64,000 nucleotides of DNA, from positions 2,912,001 to 2,976,000 of the forward strand of contig CAWAIF010000003.1 in the NCBI GenBank assembly GCA_963782055.1. Direction: 5' to 3'. Positions 48,897-58,754 of the stretch are shown piece after piece. Under the pieces are notes generated by a model. The model was given only the letters and a program-made list of their open reading frames with translations, had not been told where the DNA came from and ran no database searches. Position 1 is the stretch's first letter. Every line of letters starts with the position of its first letter. This DNA comes from an uncultured delta proteobacterium (GTDB lineage Bacteria; Myxococcota_A; Polyangia; Polyangiales; Polyangiaceae). The translations under genes were made by a program, and so were the position numbers.

Positions 48897-49406
48897 ATGG
48901 ACCCGACGATCCGCACCTCCGTGCTCGTGACCCTTGCCGCCGTGGGCGCGGCGCTCGCCGTGGGCTGCAGCGGCATCCGCGTGGTGCGCGAGAGCAAGTA
49001 CGGCGGGGAGATCGCCCTGTTCGGCAGCCGCGAGGACGCCATGGTGAAGGCCCGCCAGGAGATGGCGGCCACGTGCGGCGGTCCCCAGAACTACGAGGTC
49101 GTCGAGGAGGGAGAGGTCGTGGTCGGCACCGTGTCCACGACCCACGAGCAGCAGCAGACCGAGCACGGCCGCACCTTCCACGGGCGCCCGGCGGTGCGCA
49201 CCAACACGGTGCAGACGACCGACACGCAGGACAAGACGGAGTGGCGGGTGAAGTACCAGTGCAAGGGCGCCGAGGCGCCGCCGCCGGCCCCCGGGACAGG
49301 CGCACCGCCGCCGGATGGCACGCCCCAGCCCGCGCCGACCGACGCCGCCCCACCGCCCGCCGGCCCGCAGGGGCGCATCATCCACGAGCTCGTCATCCGC
49401 TTCTGA
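48897..49406 (+). CDS. Hypothetical lipoprotein
   Basis: Lipobox AVGC, Pro-rich tail. Confidence 0.72.
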   Translation: MDPTIRTSVLVTLAAVGAALAVGCSGIRVVRESKYGGEIALFGSREDAMVKARQEMAATCGGPQNYEVVEEGEVVVGTVSTTHEQQQTEHGRTFHGRPAVRTNTVQTTDTQDKTEWRVKYQCKGAEAPPPAPGTGAPPPDGTPQPAPTDAAPPPAGPQGRIIHELVIRF

Positions 49407-49431
49407 CGAGCCAGGAGGCGCGTCCTCTTCA

Positions 49432-50826
49432 CTACACGACCGGGAGACTCCGCACCGCCTTCGCGGTCCGCTTCGGCAGGCCGTCGCGCGCCGCCGGGAC
49501 GAGCGCGCCGGCGAGCGAGTGCTTGTTCGCCCGGACAATCTCCACCTCCACCACGCGGCCGACCATGTCCAGGTCGTCGGCGCCCTCCACGTGGACGATC
49601 TCGTTGCGCTCGGTGCGGCCCTCGCTCCCGCCCTCGACGAGGACGAGCTCGACGCCGCCGACGCGGCGCGCGAGGTTCGCTCGCGTCAGCTCCTCCGCCA
49701 CCTCGAAGAGGCGCGCCAGGCGCTCCGCCTTCGCCTCCTCGGGCACGTCGTCCTCCAGGCGCAGCGCCGGGGTGAAGGGGCGCCGTGAGAACTTGAAGCC
49801 GAAGAGGGAGACGAAGCCGACCTCCCGCACCAGGGAGAGGGTGGCCTCGAAGTCCTCGTCCGTCTCGCCGGGGAAGCCGACGATGACGTCGGTGGAGACG
49901 GTCATGTCCGGGCGCGCCGCCAGAAGGCGGCCGACGCGTTCGATGTATTCTGCACGCTTGTAGCGGCGGATCATGCGGCGGAGCATGCGGTCGCTCCCCG
50001 ACTGGACGGGCATGTGGACGTGCCGCGCCAGCACGTCGAGCTCCGCGTGCGCCCGGGCGAGGGACGCGGTGGCGTGTCGCGGGTGGGGGCTGGTGTAGCG
50101 AAGGCGCAGCAGGCCTGGCACGCCCCGCGCGATGGCGCGCAGGAGGTGGGGGAACTGCGACTCGTCGGGGTCCTCGCTCTCGGGGGGCGGCAGCGCGGGG
50201 TCGCGGAAGCTGTCCACCGTCTGCCCGAGGAGGACGACCTCCCGCGCGCCGGCCTCGACCCAGCGGCGCACCTCGGCGACGATCTCCGCCGCCGGGCGGT
50301 AGCGCTCCGGGCCGCGGGTGTAGGGGACGATGCAGAAGGAGCAGCGCTCGTCGCAGCCCTTCATGGTGGTGACGAAGGCGCTGACCGGCGCGCGCCCCGG
50401 CTCCGGCCGGGCGGCGAGGAAGCGCGGGGCGTCCAGGTCGAAGACGGTGCGCGTGGCGGGCGGCGCGCCGGCGATCTGCTGCTCCAGCAGCGCGGGGAGC
50501 TCCTCCAGGTTGTCCGGGCCGACGACGAGATCGAGCTCCGGGATGCGCGCGAGGAGCTTCTCCCCCTCTTGCTGGGCGACGCACCCGGCGACCACCAGGA
50601 GCAGGCCCGGGCGCTCGCGCTTGAGGCGCGCCAGCCGACCGACCTCGCTGCGCAGCTTCTGCTCCGCCTTCTCCCGGACGCTGCAGGTGTTGAGGACGAC
50701 GGCGTCGGCGGAGCGAGCCTCCCCGGCCTCCGTCCAGCCGTGGCCGCGCAGGACCTCCACCATCCGGTCGGAGTCGTGCACGTTCATCTGGCAGCCGAAC
50801 GTCTGGACGTGAAAGGCCCTTGCCAC
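49432..50826 (-). CDS. miaB: tRNA-2-methylthio-N6-dimethylallyladenosine synthase
   Basis: TFGCQMNVHDS, NTCSVREKAE, CDERCSFC radical-SAM motif, TRAM domain. Confidence 0.96.
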   Translation of the reverse strand: MARAFHVQTFGCQMNVHDSDRMVEVLRGHGWTEAGEARSADAVVLNTCSVREKAEQKLRSEVGRLARLKRERPGLLLVVAGCVAQQEGEKLLARIPELDLVVGPDNLEELPALLEQQIAGAPPATRTVFDLDAPRFLAARPEPGRAPVSAFVTTMKGCDERCSFCIVPYTRGPERYRPAAEIVAEVRRWVEAGAREVVLLGQTVDSFRDPALPPPESEDPDESQFPHLLRAIARGVPGLLRLRYTSPHPRHATASLARAHAELDVLARHVHMPVQSGSDRMLRRMIRRYKRAEYIERVGRLLAARPDMTVSTDVIVGFPGETDEDFEATLSLVREVGFVSLFGFKFSRRPFTPALRLEDDVPEEAKAERLARLFEVAEELTRANLARRVGGVELVLVEGGSEGRTERNEIVHVEGADDLDMVGRVVEVEIVRANKHSLAGALVPAARDGLPKRTAKAVRSLPVV

Positions 50827-50891
50827 GGGGCCCGATTTAGCACGAACGGGGCCCTTTCCGTCTCCGGTCCGGGTGCTACGCTCCGCCTCCC

Positions 50892-52730
50892 ATGACCACC
50901 GCGCGATTTTCCACCCTCGTCGATGTCTTCGAGCACTCCATCCACGACTTCGCCGGCCGGGAGCTCTTCGGCACGAAGAAGAACGGCCAGTGGGTGTGGA
51001 CCACTTACGCCGAGTTCGGCAAGCAGGTGGACGCCTTCCGCGGCGGGCTCGCCTCCATCGGGGTGACGCGCGGGGACAAGGTGGCGGTCATCTCGGACAA
51101 CCGCGTGGAGTGGGCCGTGTGCGCGTACGCGTGCTTCGGGCTGGGCGCCGCGCTGGTGCCCATGTACGAGGCGCAGCTGGACAAGGACTGGGAGTTCATC
51201 GTCAAGGACTGCGAGGCGAAGGTGCTCTTCGTCGCGACGAAGGCGGTGTTCGACAAGACCAAGGGCTTTCTGGACTCCATCCCGAGCTTGAAGCACGTCA
51301 TCTGCCTGGAAGAGGTGCCGGCGGACGGCAAGCGCACGCACACCTATGCGTCGCTGGCGGGGAGTGGGCAGAGCGTGCCCTCCATCCACCCGAAGCCGGA
51401 GGACGTCGCCTGCGTCATCTACACGAGCGGCACCACGGGCAACCCGAAGGGCGTCATCCTCTCGCACTCCAACATCGCCTCCAACGTGAGCGCGGTGCAC
51501 GAGGTCTTCCCGATGAGCCTGGACGACCGCTCGCTGTCCTTTCTGCCGTGGGCGCACTCCTTCGGCCAGACGTGCGAGCTGCACACGCTCTTCTCGCTGG
51601 GCGCGAGCATGGGCCTGTGCGAGTCGACGACGAAGATCCTCGAGAACCTGGCGGAGGTGAAGCCGACGCTGCTGATGAGCGTGCCGCGCATCTTCAACAA
51701 GCTCTACCAGGCGGTGCAGAAGCAGATCAGCGAGCAGCCGGCGCCCATCCAGGCGCTGGTGAAGTCGGCGCTCAAGGCCGCGGGCAAGGAGCGAGAGGGC
51801 AACCGCCTCACCCTGAAGGAGCACGTGGTGCTCACGCTCGCCGACAAGCTGGTGTTCTCCAAGGTGCGCGCGCGCCTCGGCGGGCGACTCCGCTACGCCT
51901 TCAGCGGCGGCGCCGCCATCTCGCGGGAGGTCGCCGAGTTCATCGACTCGGTCGGCATCAAGGTCTACGAGGGCTACGGCCTCTCCGAGACGAGCCCCAT
52001 CGCCACCGCCAACTGCCCGGGCGAGCGGCGCATCGGGTCGGTCGGGCGCGCCATCCCGGGGGTGAAGATCGTCATCGACCCGAGCGTCGGCCACGCGCAG
52101 AACGGCGCCGGTGGCCGCGTGGAGGGTGAGATCCTCATCTACGGGCCGAACGTGATGCAGGGCTACCTGAACCGCAAGGAGGAGAACGACGCCGTCTTCA
52201 CCAAGGACGGTGGCTTCCGCACGGGCGACCAGGGCTACCTGGACCCGTACGGCTACCTGTACATCACCGGCCGCATCAAGGAGCAGTACAAGCTGGAGAA
52301 CGGCAAGTACGTGGTGCCGTCGCCGCTGGAGGAGCAGCTGAAGCTCTCGCCCTTCGTGCTCAACGCCTTCGTCTACGGGGACAACAAGCCGTACAACGTG
52401 GCGATCGTCTGCGCGAACGTCGACGCCGTGAAGAAGTGGGGAAACGAGCAGGGGCTCGGCTCCCTCTCCACCGAGGCGCTGCTCGAGAACGCGCGCGTGC
52501 GCGATCTCTTCCGCAAGGAGATCGATAAGTGCTCGGAGGGCTTCAAGGGCTTCGAGGAGGTCAGGGAGTTCGCCGTGGTGCCGGAGGACTTCACGACCGA
52601 AAACGGCATGCTCACCCCGAGCCTGAAGGTGAAGCGGCGCAAGGTGATCGAGAAGTACGGCAAGCTGGTCGAGGGCCTCTACGCGACGAAGCGTGAGAAG
52701 AAGGCGCAGGCCTCCGCCAACGTGAACTGA
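50892..52730 (+). CDS. Long-chain fatty acid-CoA ligase
   Basis: YTSGTTGNPKG, EGYGLSET, FRTGD, GRIKE, LTPSLK. Confidence 0.93.
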   Translation: MTTARFSTLVDVFEHSIHDFAGRELFGTKKNGQWVWTTYAEFGKQVDAFRGGLASIGVTRGDKVAVISDNRVEWAVCAYACFGLGAALVPMYEAQLDKDWEFIVKDCEAKVLFVATKAVFDKTKGFLDSIPSLKHVICLEEVPADGKRTHTYASLAGSGQSVPSIHPKPEDVACVIYTSGTTGNPKGVILSHSNIASNVSAVHEVFPMSLDDRSLSFLPWAHSFGQTCELHTLFSLGASMGLCESTTKILENLAEVKPTLLMSVPRIFNKLYQAVQKQISEQPAPIQALVKSALKAAGKEREGNRLTLKEHVVLTLADKLVFSKVRARLGGRLRYAFSGGAAISREVAEFIDSVGIKVYEGYGLSETSPIATANCPGERRIGSVGRAIPGVKIVIDPSVGHAQNGAGGRVEGEILIYGPNVMQGYLNRKEENDAVFTKDGGFRTGDQGYLDPYGYLYITGRIKEQYKLENGKYVVPSPLEEQLKLSPFVLNAFVYGDNKPYNVAIVCANVDAVKKWGNEQGLGSLSTEALLENARVRDLFRKEIDKCSEGFKGFEEVREFAVVPEDFTTENGMLTPSLKVKRRKVIEKYGKLVEGLYATKREKKAQASANVN

Positions 52731-52762
52731 GGAGCGCGGGCCGATCGGCCACACGCGAGCAA

Positions 52763-53359
52763 TCAGCGCGCGGGCTCGTCCGTCGGGCACGCGCGGTCGA
52801 TCTCGCCGTGGTGGCGCTTCCGGGCGGCCTGCGCACGGCGCGCGCGCGCCTCTCCCCGCAAGAACCAGAACCCGCCGTAGGTGAGCCTGTCGAGCGTGGC
52901 CTCGTCGCCGAAGCCGAGCCGGATGCGCATGCAGAGCACCTCGAGGTGCCGGCGGGCGCGGGCGCACCGCCGCGCGTCGGGCCAGCGGCGTGCACCTGGG
53001 GCGAGCGCGCCGTCCAGCGCGAGCCCGACGTGTCCGACGAGCACCAGCCCGAAGAAGGCGCGACGGACGCGGCGGCGTCCCTCCGGCGTCAGCGCGACGA
53101 TGATGTCGCGCCCGTCGCGACGCCGCGTGACGAGCCCCAGCTGCTCGAGGGACCGCATCATGACGCTGATGGTGGAGCGCGCCACCCCGAGCCCGCGCCG
53201 AAGCTGGCTCTGAAGGTGCACGGCGCGTGTACCCAGACGATGAATCGCATCGAGCAGATCGTACCGCGCCGCCGTGAGCCCCATCGCCGCAAGCGCCCGC
53301 CGCGTCAGCCGCAGCGTCGCGTAGTAGGCCCGCTTGATCGAGAAGAACACAGGGTCCAT
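52763..53359 (-). CDS. MarR-family winged-helix regulator, copy 2
   Basis: 36 of the first 40 residues identical to copy 1; same wHTH and C-terminal extension. Confidence 0.88.
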   Translation of the reverse strand: MDPVFFSIKRAYYATLRLTRRALAAMGLTAARYDLLDAIHRLGTRAVHLQSQLRRGLGVARSTISVMMRSLEQLGLVTRRRDGRDIIVALTPEGRRRVRRAFFGLVLVGHVGLALDGALAPGARRWPDARRCARARRHLEVLCMRIRLGFGDEATLDRLTYGGFWFLRGEARARRAQAARKRHHGEIDRACPTDEPAR

Positions 53360-53498
53360 GGCATCCCCCACAGCACCCCCCGTGCCACCCCCCCTTCCCC
53401 CAGATTTCCCGCGAAACGTCGAATTGCGAGGATGCTAGCAATCCGACGTTGGGTGTCCGGGGACAGGGGGAGGGGACAGGGGGACAGGGGCGGGGGGG
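53360..53498 (-). repeat. Dispersed hairpin/sigma54 module, copy 2
   Basis: C-rich tract, hairpin 53415-53450, GGGAAATCT, and TGGCACGGGGGGTGCT (53387-53372) on the minus strand. Confidence 0.85.
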
Positions 53499-53566
53499 CG
53501 CGTTGACGGACGCTCGACGATGGTGTGGGGGCTCCGCTGCGGGCGGAGGCCGCGACCCCCAGGGTT

Positions 53567-54532
53567 TCAGAGGCCGTACTTGGTCTTCAGATAGGTGTCG
53601 ATGGCGGTCATGTCGTTGTCGCTGAGCGTTCCCTTGACCGCCAGCTCCTCGGCGATATCGCCCTGGAGGTAGCCGCCCTGGAACCCGCGACTCCCGATGA
53701 AGACGATGGCGTTGGCGAGGGTGACGTCGGCCGCGGCGTTGTTGGACGTGTCCTTGGCTCCGTCCACCCAGACCTCGAGCGCCGTGCCGTTGCGGCGGAT
53801 GGCCCAGCGATGGGGCTTGCCGTCGTTGTTGGTCGTGCTGGCGCTGGTCACGGTGACGTTGCCGACGGTGCCGCCCACCGCCGCCACCGCGCCGCCACCG
53901 GTGGTGTTGCCGAAGAGCCCCAGGGTTGTCTGGCTGTTGTACGTGGCCCGGAAGTAGAAGTAGGTGGAGCCCGCGCCCTGACCCGTCGCCGGGTTGGTGT
54001 ACGAGCCGACCAGCGCCACGGCGAAATCGCCCGTGCCCCACTGCAGCGACTTGTCGTTGTTGTCCGCGATGGTCAGGTACTGGTGCTGCTGGTAGTTCTG
54101 GGGAGGCGTGAAGCGGATGACGGGCAGCCCGTTGATCCCCTTGGCCACGACGGTGGGCTGGTGCGACTGGTTGCCCTGACCGCCGGAGGCGTCGTTCTTG
54201 TGGCTGGTCTGGTCCGCCCACGCCGAGACGTTGTTGTTGTTCTGCGTGACGCCCTTGGCCGCATCGAGCCAGAGCACGAGGCCGCTGAGCTGGCTGGGGT
54301 CCCACGAGCCGGCGTCGCCCGTGTTGCCGGAGTCAGTGTTGCCGGAGTCCGCCACCCCCGAGTCGTCGGTGTTGCCGGAGTCGTCGCCCGTGCCGGTGTC
54401 GCTCGTCACGCCCGTGTCGGTCGCCACCCCCGTGTCGGTTCCGCCGCCGTCGACATCCACCGAGACGTCGTCCCCTCCGCAAGCCGCCGTGGTCAAGAGC
54501 GTCGCGGCGCCCCAAAGGATCCATGCACGCAT
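53567..54532 (-). CDS. LamG/concanavalin-like lipoprotein
   Basis: AGGAGG RBS, TAAC lipobox, DTG/DSG linker, LVLWLDA...WADQ...GDIAE...YLKTKYGL. Confidence 0.82.
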   Translation of the reverse strand: MRAWILWGAATLLTTAACGGDDVSVDVDGGGTDTGVATDTGVTSDTGTGDDSGNTDDSGVADSGNTDSGNTGDAGSWDPSQLSGLVLWLDAAKGVTQNNNNVSAWADQTSHKNDASGGQGNQSHQPTVVAKGINGLPVIRFTPPQNYQQHQYLTIADNNDKSLQWGTGDFAVALVGSYTNPATGQGAGSTYFYFRATYNSQTTLGLFGNTTGGGAVAAVGGTVGNVTVTSASTTNNDGKPHRWAIRRNGTALEVWVDGAKDTSNNAAADVTLANAIVFIGSRGFQGGYLQGDIAEELAVKGTLSDNDMTAIDTYLKTKYGL

Positions 54533-54570
54533 AGGCAAGCCTCCTGGTTGAGCTCGTATCAGACGCAAGG

Positions 54571-55857
54571 TTAGCAGCTCGGTGGGGTGGTGGTACGCCG
54601 TTCGCGCCGGCGCCGGCCCCACAACAGCGGGAGGAGGAGCAGGAGCGGCCAGCGCGAGGGGCGCGATCCCGAGGCGTTGCAGCCCCCTCCGGGCGTGATG
54701 ACGCCGTCCTCGCCGTCGCCGGGTGCGGCGTCCGCCCCCGCGTCGGCATTGAGGGCGTTCATGCACGCGCCCTGGCTGCAGATCGCACCGGGAGGACAGT
54801 CCGCCAGCGTGGTGCACTTGTCCGGGCCCCCCTTGCAGCCGTCCTGCGACACACACTGGAGGTCGCCGGCGCCGCTGGTGGGCAGGCAGCGGAAGCCCGC
54901 TCCGCAGTCGGCGTCCGCGGCGCACGAGCGCCCGCACACGCGCCCTCCGGGGAGATCGACGCAGCGCGCGTCCTCACCCACCCCCGCGCACGCTCCCGCC
55001 ACCGGGTCGCAGGGCGAGCAGACCTCCTGCGTCGCGCCCGCACGCTCGCAGGTGCGCGCCACGCACGTGTAGCCGGCGGGGCAGGGGAGGGCCTCGCACC
55101 CCTCCGCGTCGCCCGTGCCGGGATACAGGGCGCAGACGCCGTTCCGGTCGTCCTGCTCGATGGATCTCCAGGCGAGCCCGGGGGGATAGCTCGGCCACAT
55201 GGTGGCGGTGGGGTCGCTGGTGTGGCCCAGGCCGAGCGCGTGGCCGAGCTCGTGGGTGAGCAGGCCGCGCGCGTCCACTGTGTCACCGTGGCCATCGAGC
55301 GACCAGGTGTGCCCTGCGCCGTTGAGGTGGATGTCCACGTCGTAGATCTGGTTCTGCGCGTCGGTGTGCACCACGGCGGTCCCCAGCGCGTCCTCGGTGA
55401 GGCCCGCCGGCCAGGTGTCGTCGTGCCAGTAGATGCCGCTCACGCCATCGTCGCCCGGCGGGTTGGCGGTGGTGCCGGCGAAGGTGGCCCGCCACGCGGT
55501 GCACGGCGCGCGCCCCCACGTGCGTAGCGCCACGTCCACCTCCGCGTCGGTGTCGGCCCCCAGGTCCCGACTGCGCGGCAGCCCGAGGTAGAAGGGCACC
55601 GGCAGGGCCGACGTGGGCCACACCGCCGGGGGCGAGTTGGGTTTCCAGGCGGGGACGATGGGGAAGGCGGGGTCTGCGAGAAAGACACGGCCTCCGCGCG
55701 CGCTCGGCCCCCCGACGGCGCGTAGCGTCACCAGCTTTCCGCCCGGCAGGCGCAGGCGCGTGACCGTCACCGGATCGCTGGTCCATGCCACGTGCTCGAC
55801 GCTGGAGGAGACCACCACCGCGTCGCTCGCCGGGCTGACGGCCGGAAGGGCGTGCAC
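54571..55857 (-). CDS. Matrixin (M10) metalloprotease with Cys-rich repeats and a MYXO-CTERM-like tail
   Basis: HELGHALGLGH plus Met-turn ATMWP; GGGC...hydrophobic...RRRR tail; start uncertain. Confidence 0.85.
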   Translation of the reverse strand: MHALPAVSPASDAVVVSSSVEHVAWTSDPVTVTRLRLPGGKLVTLRAVGGPSARGGRVFLADPAFPIVPAWKPNSPPAVWPTSALPVPFYLGLPRSRDLGADTDAEVDVALRTWGRAPCTAWRATFAGTTANPPGDDGVSGIYWHDDTWPAGLTEDALGTAVVHTDAQNQIYDVDIHLNGAGHTWSLDGHGDTVDARGLLTHELGHALGLGHTSDPTATMWPSYPPGLAWRSIEQDDRNGVCALYPGTGDAEGCEALPCPAGYTCVARTCERAGATQEVCSPCDPVAGACAGVGEDARCVDLPGGRVCGRSCAADADCGAGFRCLPTSGAGDLQCVSQDGCKGGPDKCTTLADCPPGAICSQGACMNALNADAGADAAPGDGEDGVITPGGGCNASGSRPSRWPLLLLLPLLWGRRRRERRTTTPPSC

Positions 55858-55940
55858 GGGTCCAGCGTAGCACCCGCGGCGCGACGCCCGCTCCGCTCCA
55901 CCTGGCCGTCGTGCCTCCGCGGTGGGGCGTGCCGCGGCCG

Positions 55941-55962
55941 GATCGCGAGCATGCTAGCGATC
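55941..55962. repeat. Core palindrome GATCGC-G-AGCATGCT-A-GCGATC
   Basis: Same core, between divergent genes. Confidence 0.72.
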
Positions 55963-56092
55963 GAGCGTCTGGCGCCGAAACCCCTCGCCCCACCCCGGCG
56001 TATCCCTTCGGATGACCCTCCCCGCCGCAGGCTGGCTCCTCCCGCCCCGCGCTCCTGCGCGCGCGCCGGCCGCCGCCGCGGGTTTTGGTGGT

Positions 56093-56701
56093 ATGACCCG
56101 GACCGTGACGGCCGAGCGAACCCCCGCGGATCGCGCGATGGAACGCTACGCGTCGGGGAACGACGCGGCGTTCGGCGAGGTCTACGACACGGTCGCGCCG
56201 CGCCTCTACGGCTACCTCGTCCGTCAGACGCGCAGCGAGGCGAAGGCGCAGGACATCCTGCAGCAGACCCTCCTCAAGATGCACCTCGCCCGTGGCAGCT
56301 TCATGCCCGGGGCGAGCGTCATGCCGTGGGCCTACGCGATCGCGCGGAGGCTGGTCATCGACGGTGTCCGCCGCGGCCGCCGGGAGGTCCCGCTCGACCC
56401 CGAGGACGCGGCGCAGGCGCCCGCCGACCCGGCGACTGCCCCGCCGGGTGCCGACGAGCTGGTGGCCGCCGGGCAGCTCGCGCGACGCCTGGCGCAGGAG
56501 CTCGCCAAGCTCCCGGAGGGCCAGCGCGTCGCCTTCGAGCTCATCAAGCAGGAAGAGCTGTCGGTGGCGGAGGCGGCGGAGGTCCTCGGCACCACCGTCT
56601 CCGCGGTGAAGCTGCGCGCCCACCGCGCCTACCTCGCCTTGCGTGAGGCGATGGGTGACCTGGCGGGGACGCCCCCGGGCGAGAAGAAGGAGGTCGCATG
56701 A
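56093..56701 (+). CDS. ECF sigma factor
   Basis: AFGEVY, DILQQTLLK, WAYAIARR, AVKLRAHR. Confidence 0.9.
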   Translation: MTRTVTAERTPADRAMERYASGNDAAFGEVYDTVAPRLYGYLVRQTRSEAKAQDILQQTLLKMHLARGSFMPGASVMPWAYAIARRLVIDGVRRGRREVPLDPEDAAQAPADPATAPPGADELVAAGQLARRLAQELAKLPEGQRVAFELIKQEELSVAEAAEVLGTTVSAVKLRAHRAYLALREAMGDLAGTPPGEKKEVA

Positions 56702-57351
56702 GCGCCACCCTCCCGCCCGAGCTCCGCGCGCACATGCTCGAGCGCGTCCGCGCCCGGCCGGTACCCTCCCGCGCGGCGACGCTGCGGCGTCAGGTCCTCG
56801 GCGTCGTGCTCGGCGCGGCGGTCGCCGTCGTGCTCCTCGCCGCCCTCGGATTTTCCCTCGGCGGCCGGCCGGTCACCTTCTTCGTGCTCTCCGGCATCGG
56901 CTGGGCGGCGCTGGCGCTCGCGGCGACGTGGGGGGCCGTCGGCCGCGGCGGATCCATGCTCGGGCGCGCCCGCATCGCGCTGGTGATCGTCGCCACGCTC
57001 ACCGCCCCAGCCATCTACGCCTGGGTGATGGGCTGCACCCTCGGCTGGCCGGGCGTCCGTGCGACGAGCGCGCCCTGGGCCGCCAACATCGCGTGTCTGG
57101 TGGCGACCACCGTCTTCTCCCTCGGCCCGCTCGCCGGCTTCGCCCTCGTGCGACTGCGCAGCGATCCGGTGCATCCCCGCTTGACGGGTGCGGCCATCGG
57201 GGCGGCCGCGGGCGCGTGGGGCGGCGTCCTCATCGACATGCACTGCGGCAACGTCCACCCCTTCCACGTCGCCTTCGGCCACGTCATGCCGGTGCTCGTC
57301 TACGTGGCGCTCGGCGCCCTGCTCGGCCGGCGCCTCTTCGGGGTACGCTGA
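56698..57351 (+). CDS. NrsF/DUF1109-like membrane anti-sigma factor
   Basis: ATGA overlap with the ECF gene, multiple TM helices, C-terminal HC...H...H. Confidence 0.78.
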   Translation: MSATLPPELRAHMLERVRARPVPSRAATLRRQVLGVVLGAAVAVVLLAALGFSLGGRPVTFFVLSGIGWAALALAATWGAVGRGGSMLGRARIALVIVATLTAPAIYAWVMGCTLGWPGVRATSAPWAANIACLVATTVFSLGPLAGFALVRLRSDPVHPRLTGAAIGAAAGAWGGVLIDMHCGNVHPFHVAFGHVMPVLVYVALGALLGRRLFGVR

Positions 57352-57362
57352 CGGTCACCGCC

Positions 57363-57788
<426 letters not shown>

Positions 57789-57799
57789 AGCGCGCGCCG

Positions 57800-58561
57800 T
57801 CACGCCGGGCTGACGTGGACGCGGCTGGTCACGTCGCGCACGCCGGCCACGTACCAGGCGTCGCGCTCGGCGATCTGCCGCTGCTCCTCGCTGCGCAGCG
57901 TACCGAACAGCGTCACGTGGCCGCCCGCGGTCCGCACGCCGAGCTGTCCGGCGTCGAGCAGCGGCTCCTTCTCCAGCACGATGCGCACCACGTCGTTGAT
58001 CTCGTCGTCGCTGTCCTCCTCCGGCGGCATCGCCCGCAGCGTGTTCCGCACGTCGCGCGTGCCGGGGACCCACCACGCCAGGACGCCGGCGAGCCGCGCG
58101 TGGGAGAGGCTGGGTACCTCACCCTCCAGCGTGACGACGCCGCCCTCCACGGTCGCGGTGACGTCACCGTGCCGCGCGACGGGATCGCGCGCGACGGTCT
58201 CGTCGCCCTCGGCGCGCAGCACGATCCGGCACTCCTGGAGTGTCGCCTCGCCCAGCACGGCGCGCATCAGGTGATCACGGATCTCGGCGTCGCCCATGGC
58301 GCCGGCGGGCCGTACCCCGATGTGGTCGACGACATGCCGTACCTCGGGCAGCACGAGCACGAGCTCGAGCGCGCGCTTCTTTGCCGCCACCTCCGCCACC
58401 TCGCCGGTGAGCGTGAGCGTGCCCCCCTCGAGCGCGGCCTCGATGGGATGCGCCTTGACGTCCAGGCGCGGGTCGCTCTCGAGCAGGCCCAGCACCCGCC
58501 GGAGCGTGCGTGCGGGGTCTTGCGTCTCGTCGTCGTGGTCCGTCAGGCCTCGTAGAGCCAT
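57800..58561 (-). CDS. BON-domain protein (three domains)
   Basis: Repeated G(T/V)(L/V)TLxG...V pattern, VPGTRDVRNTL. Confidence 0.85.
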   Translation of the reverse strand: MALRGLTDHDDETQDPARTLRRVLGLLESDPRLDVKAHPIEAALEGGTLTLTGEVAEVAAKKRALELVLVLPEVRHVVDHIGVRPAGAMGDAEIRDHLMRAVLGEATLQECRIVLRAEGDETVARDPVARHGDVTATVEGGVVTLEGEVPSLSHARLAGVLAWWVPGTRDVRNTLRAMPPEEDSDDEINDVVRIVLEKEPLLDAGQLGVRTAGGHVTLFGTLRSEEQRQIAERDAWYVAGVRDVTSRVHVSPA

Positions 58562-58754
58562 GGGCTTCCTCCGCACGGCACCACGCAAGCTTCGTGCTCG
58601 CCCCCGCGCGCGCGGTCACGCGCGGTCAGGGGTCGTCCTCCCGCCCTTCTTGCGCAACCACCGCAGGCGCGCGCAAGCAGCGCGCGAGCTCGGCCAGGCG
58701 GCGGACTGCTCGCGGGCAGCTCGACCGCGGCCCTTCTCTTGCACGAAAGGAAGC

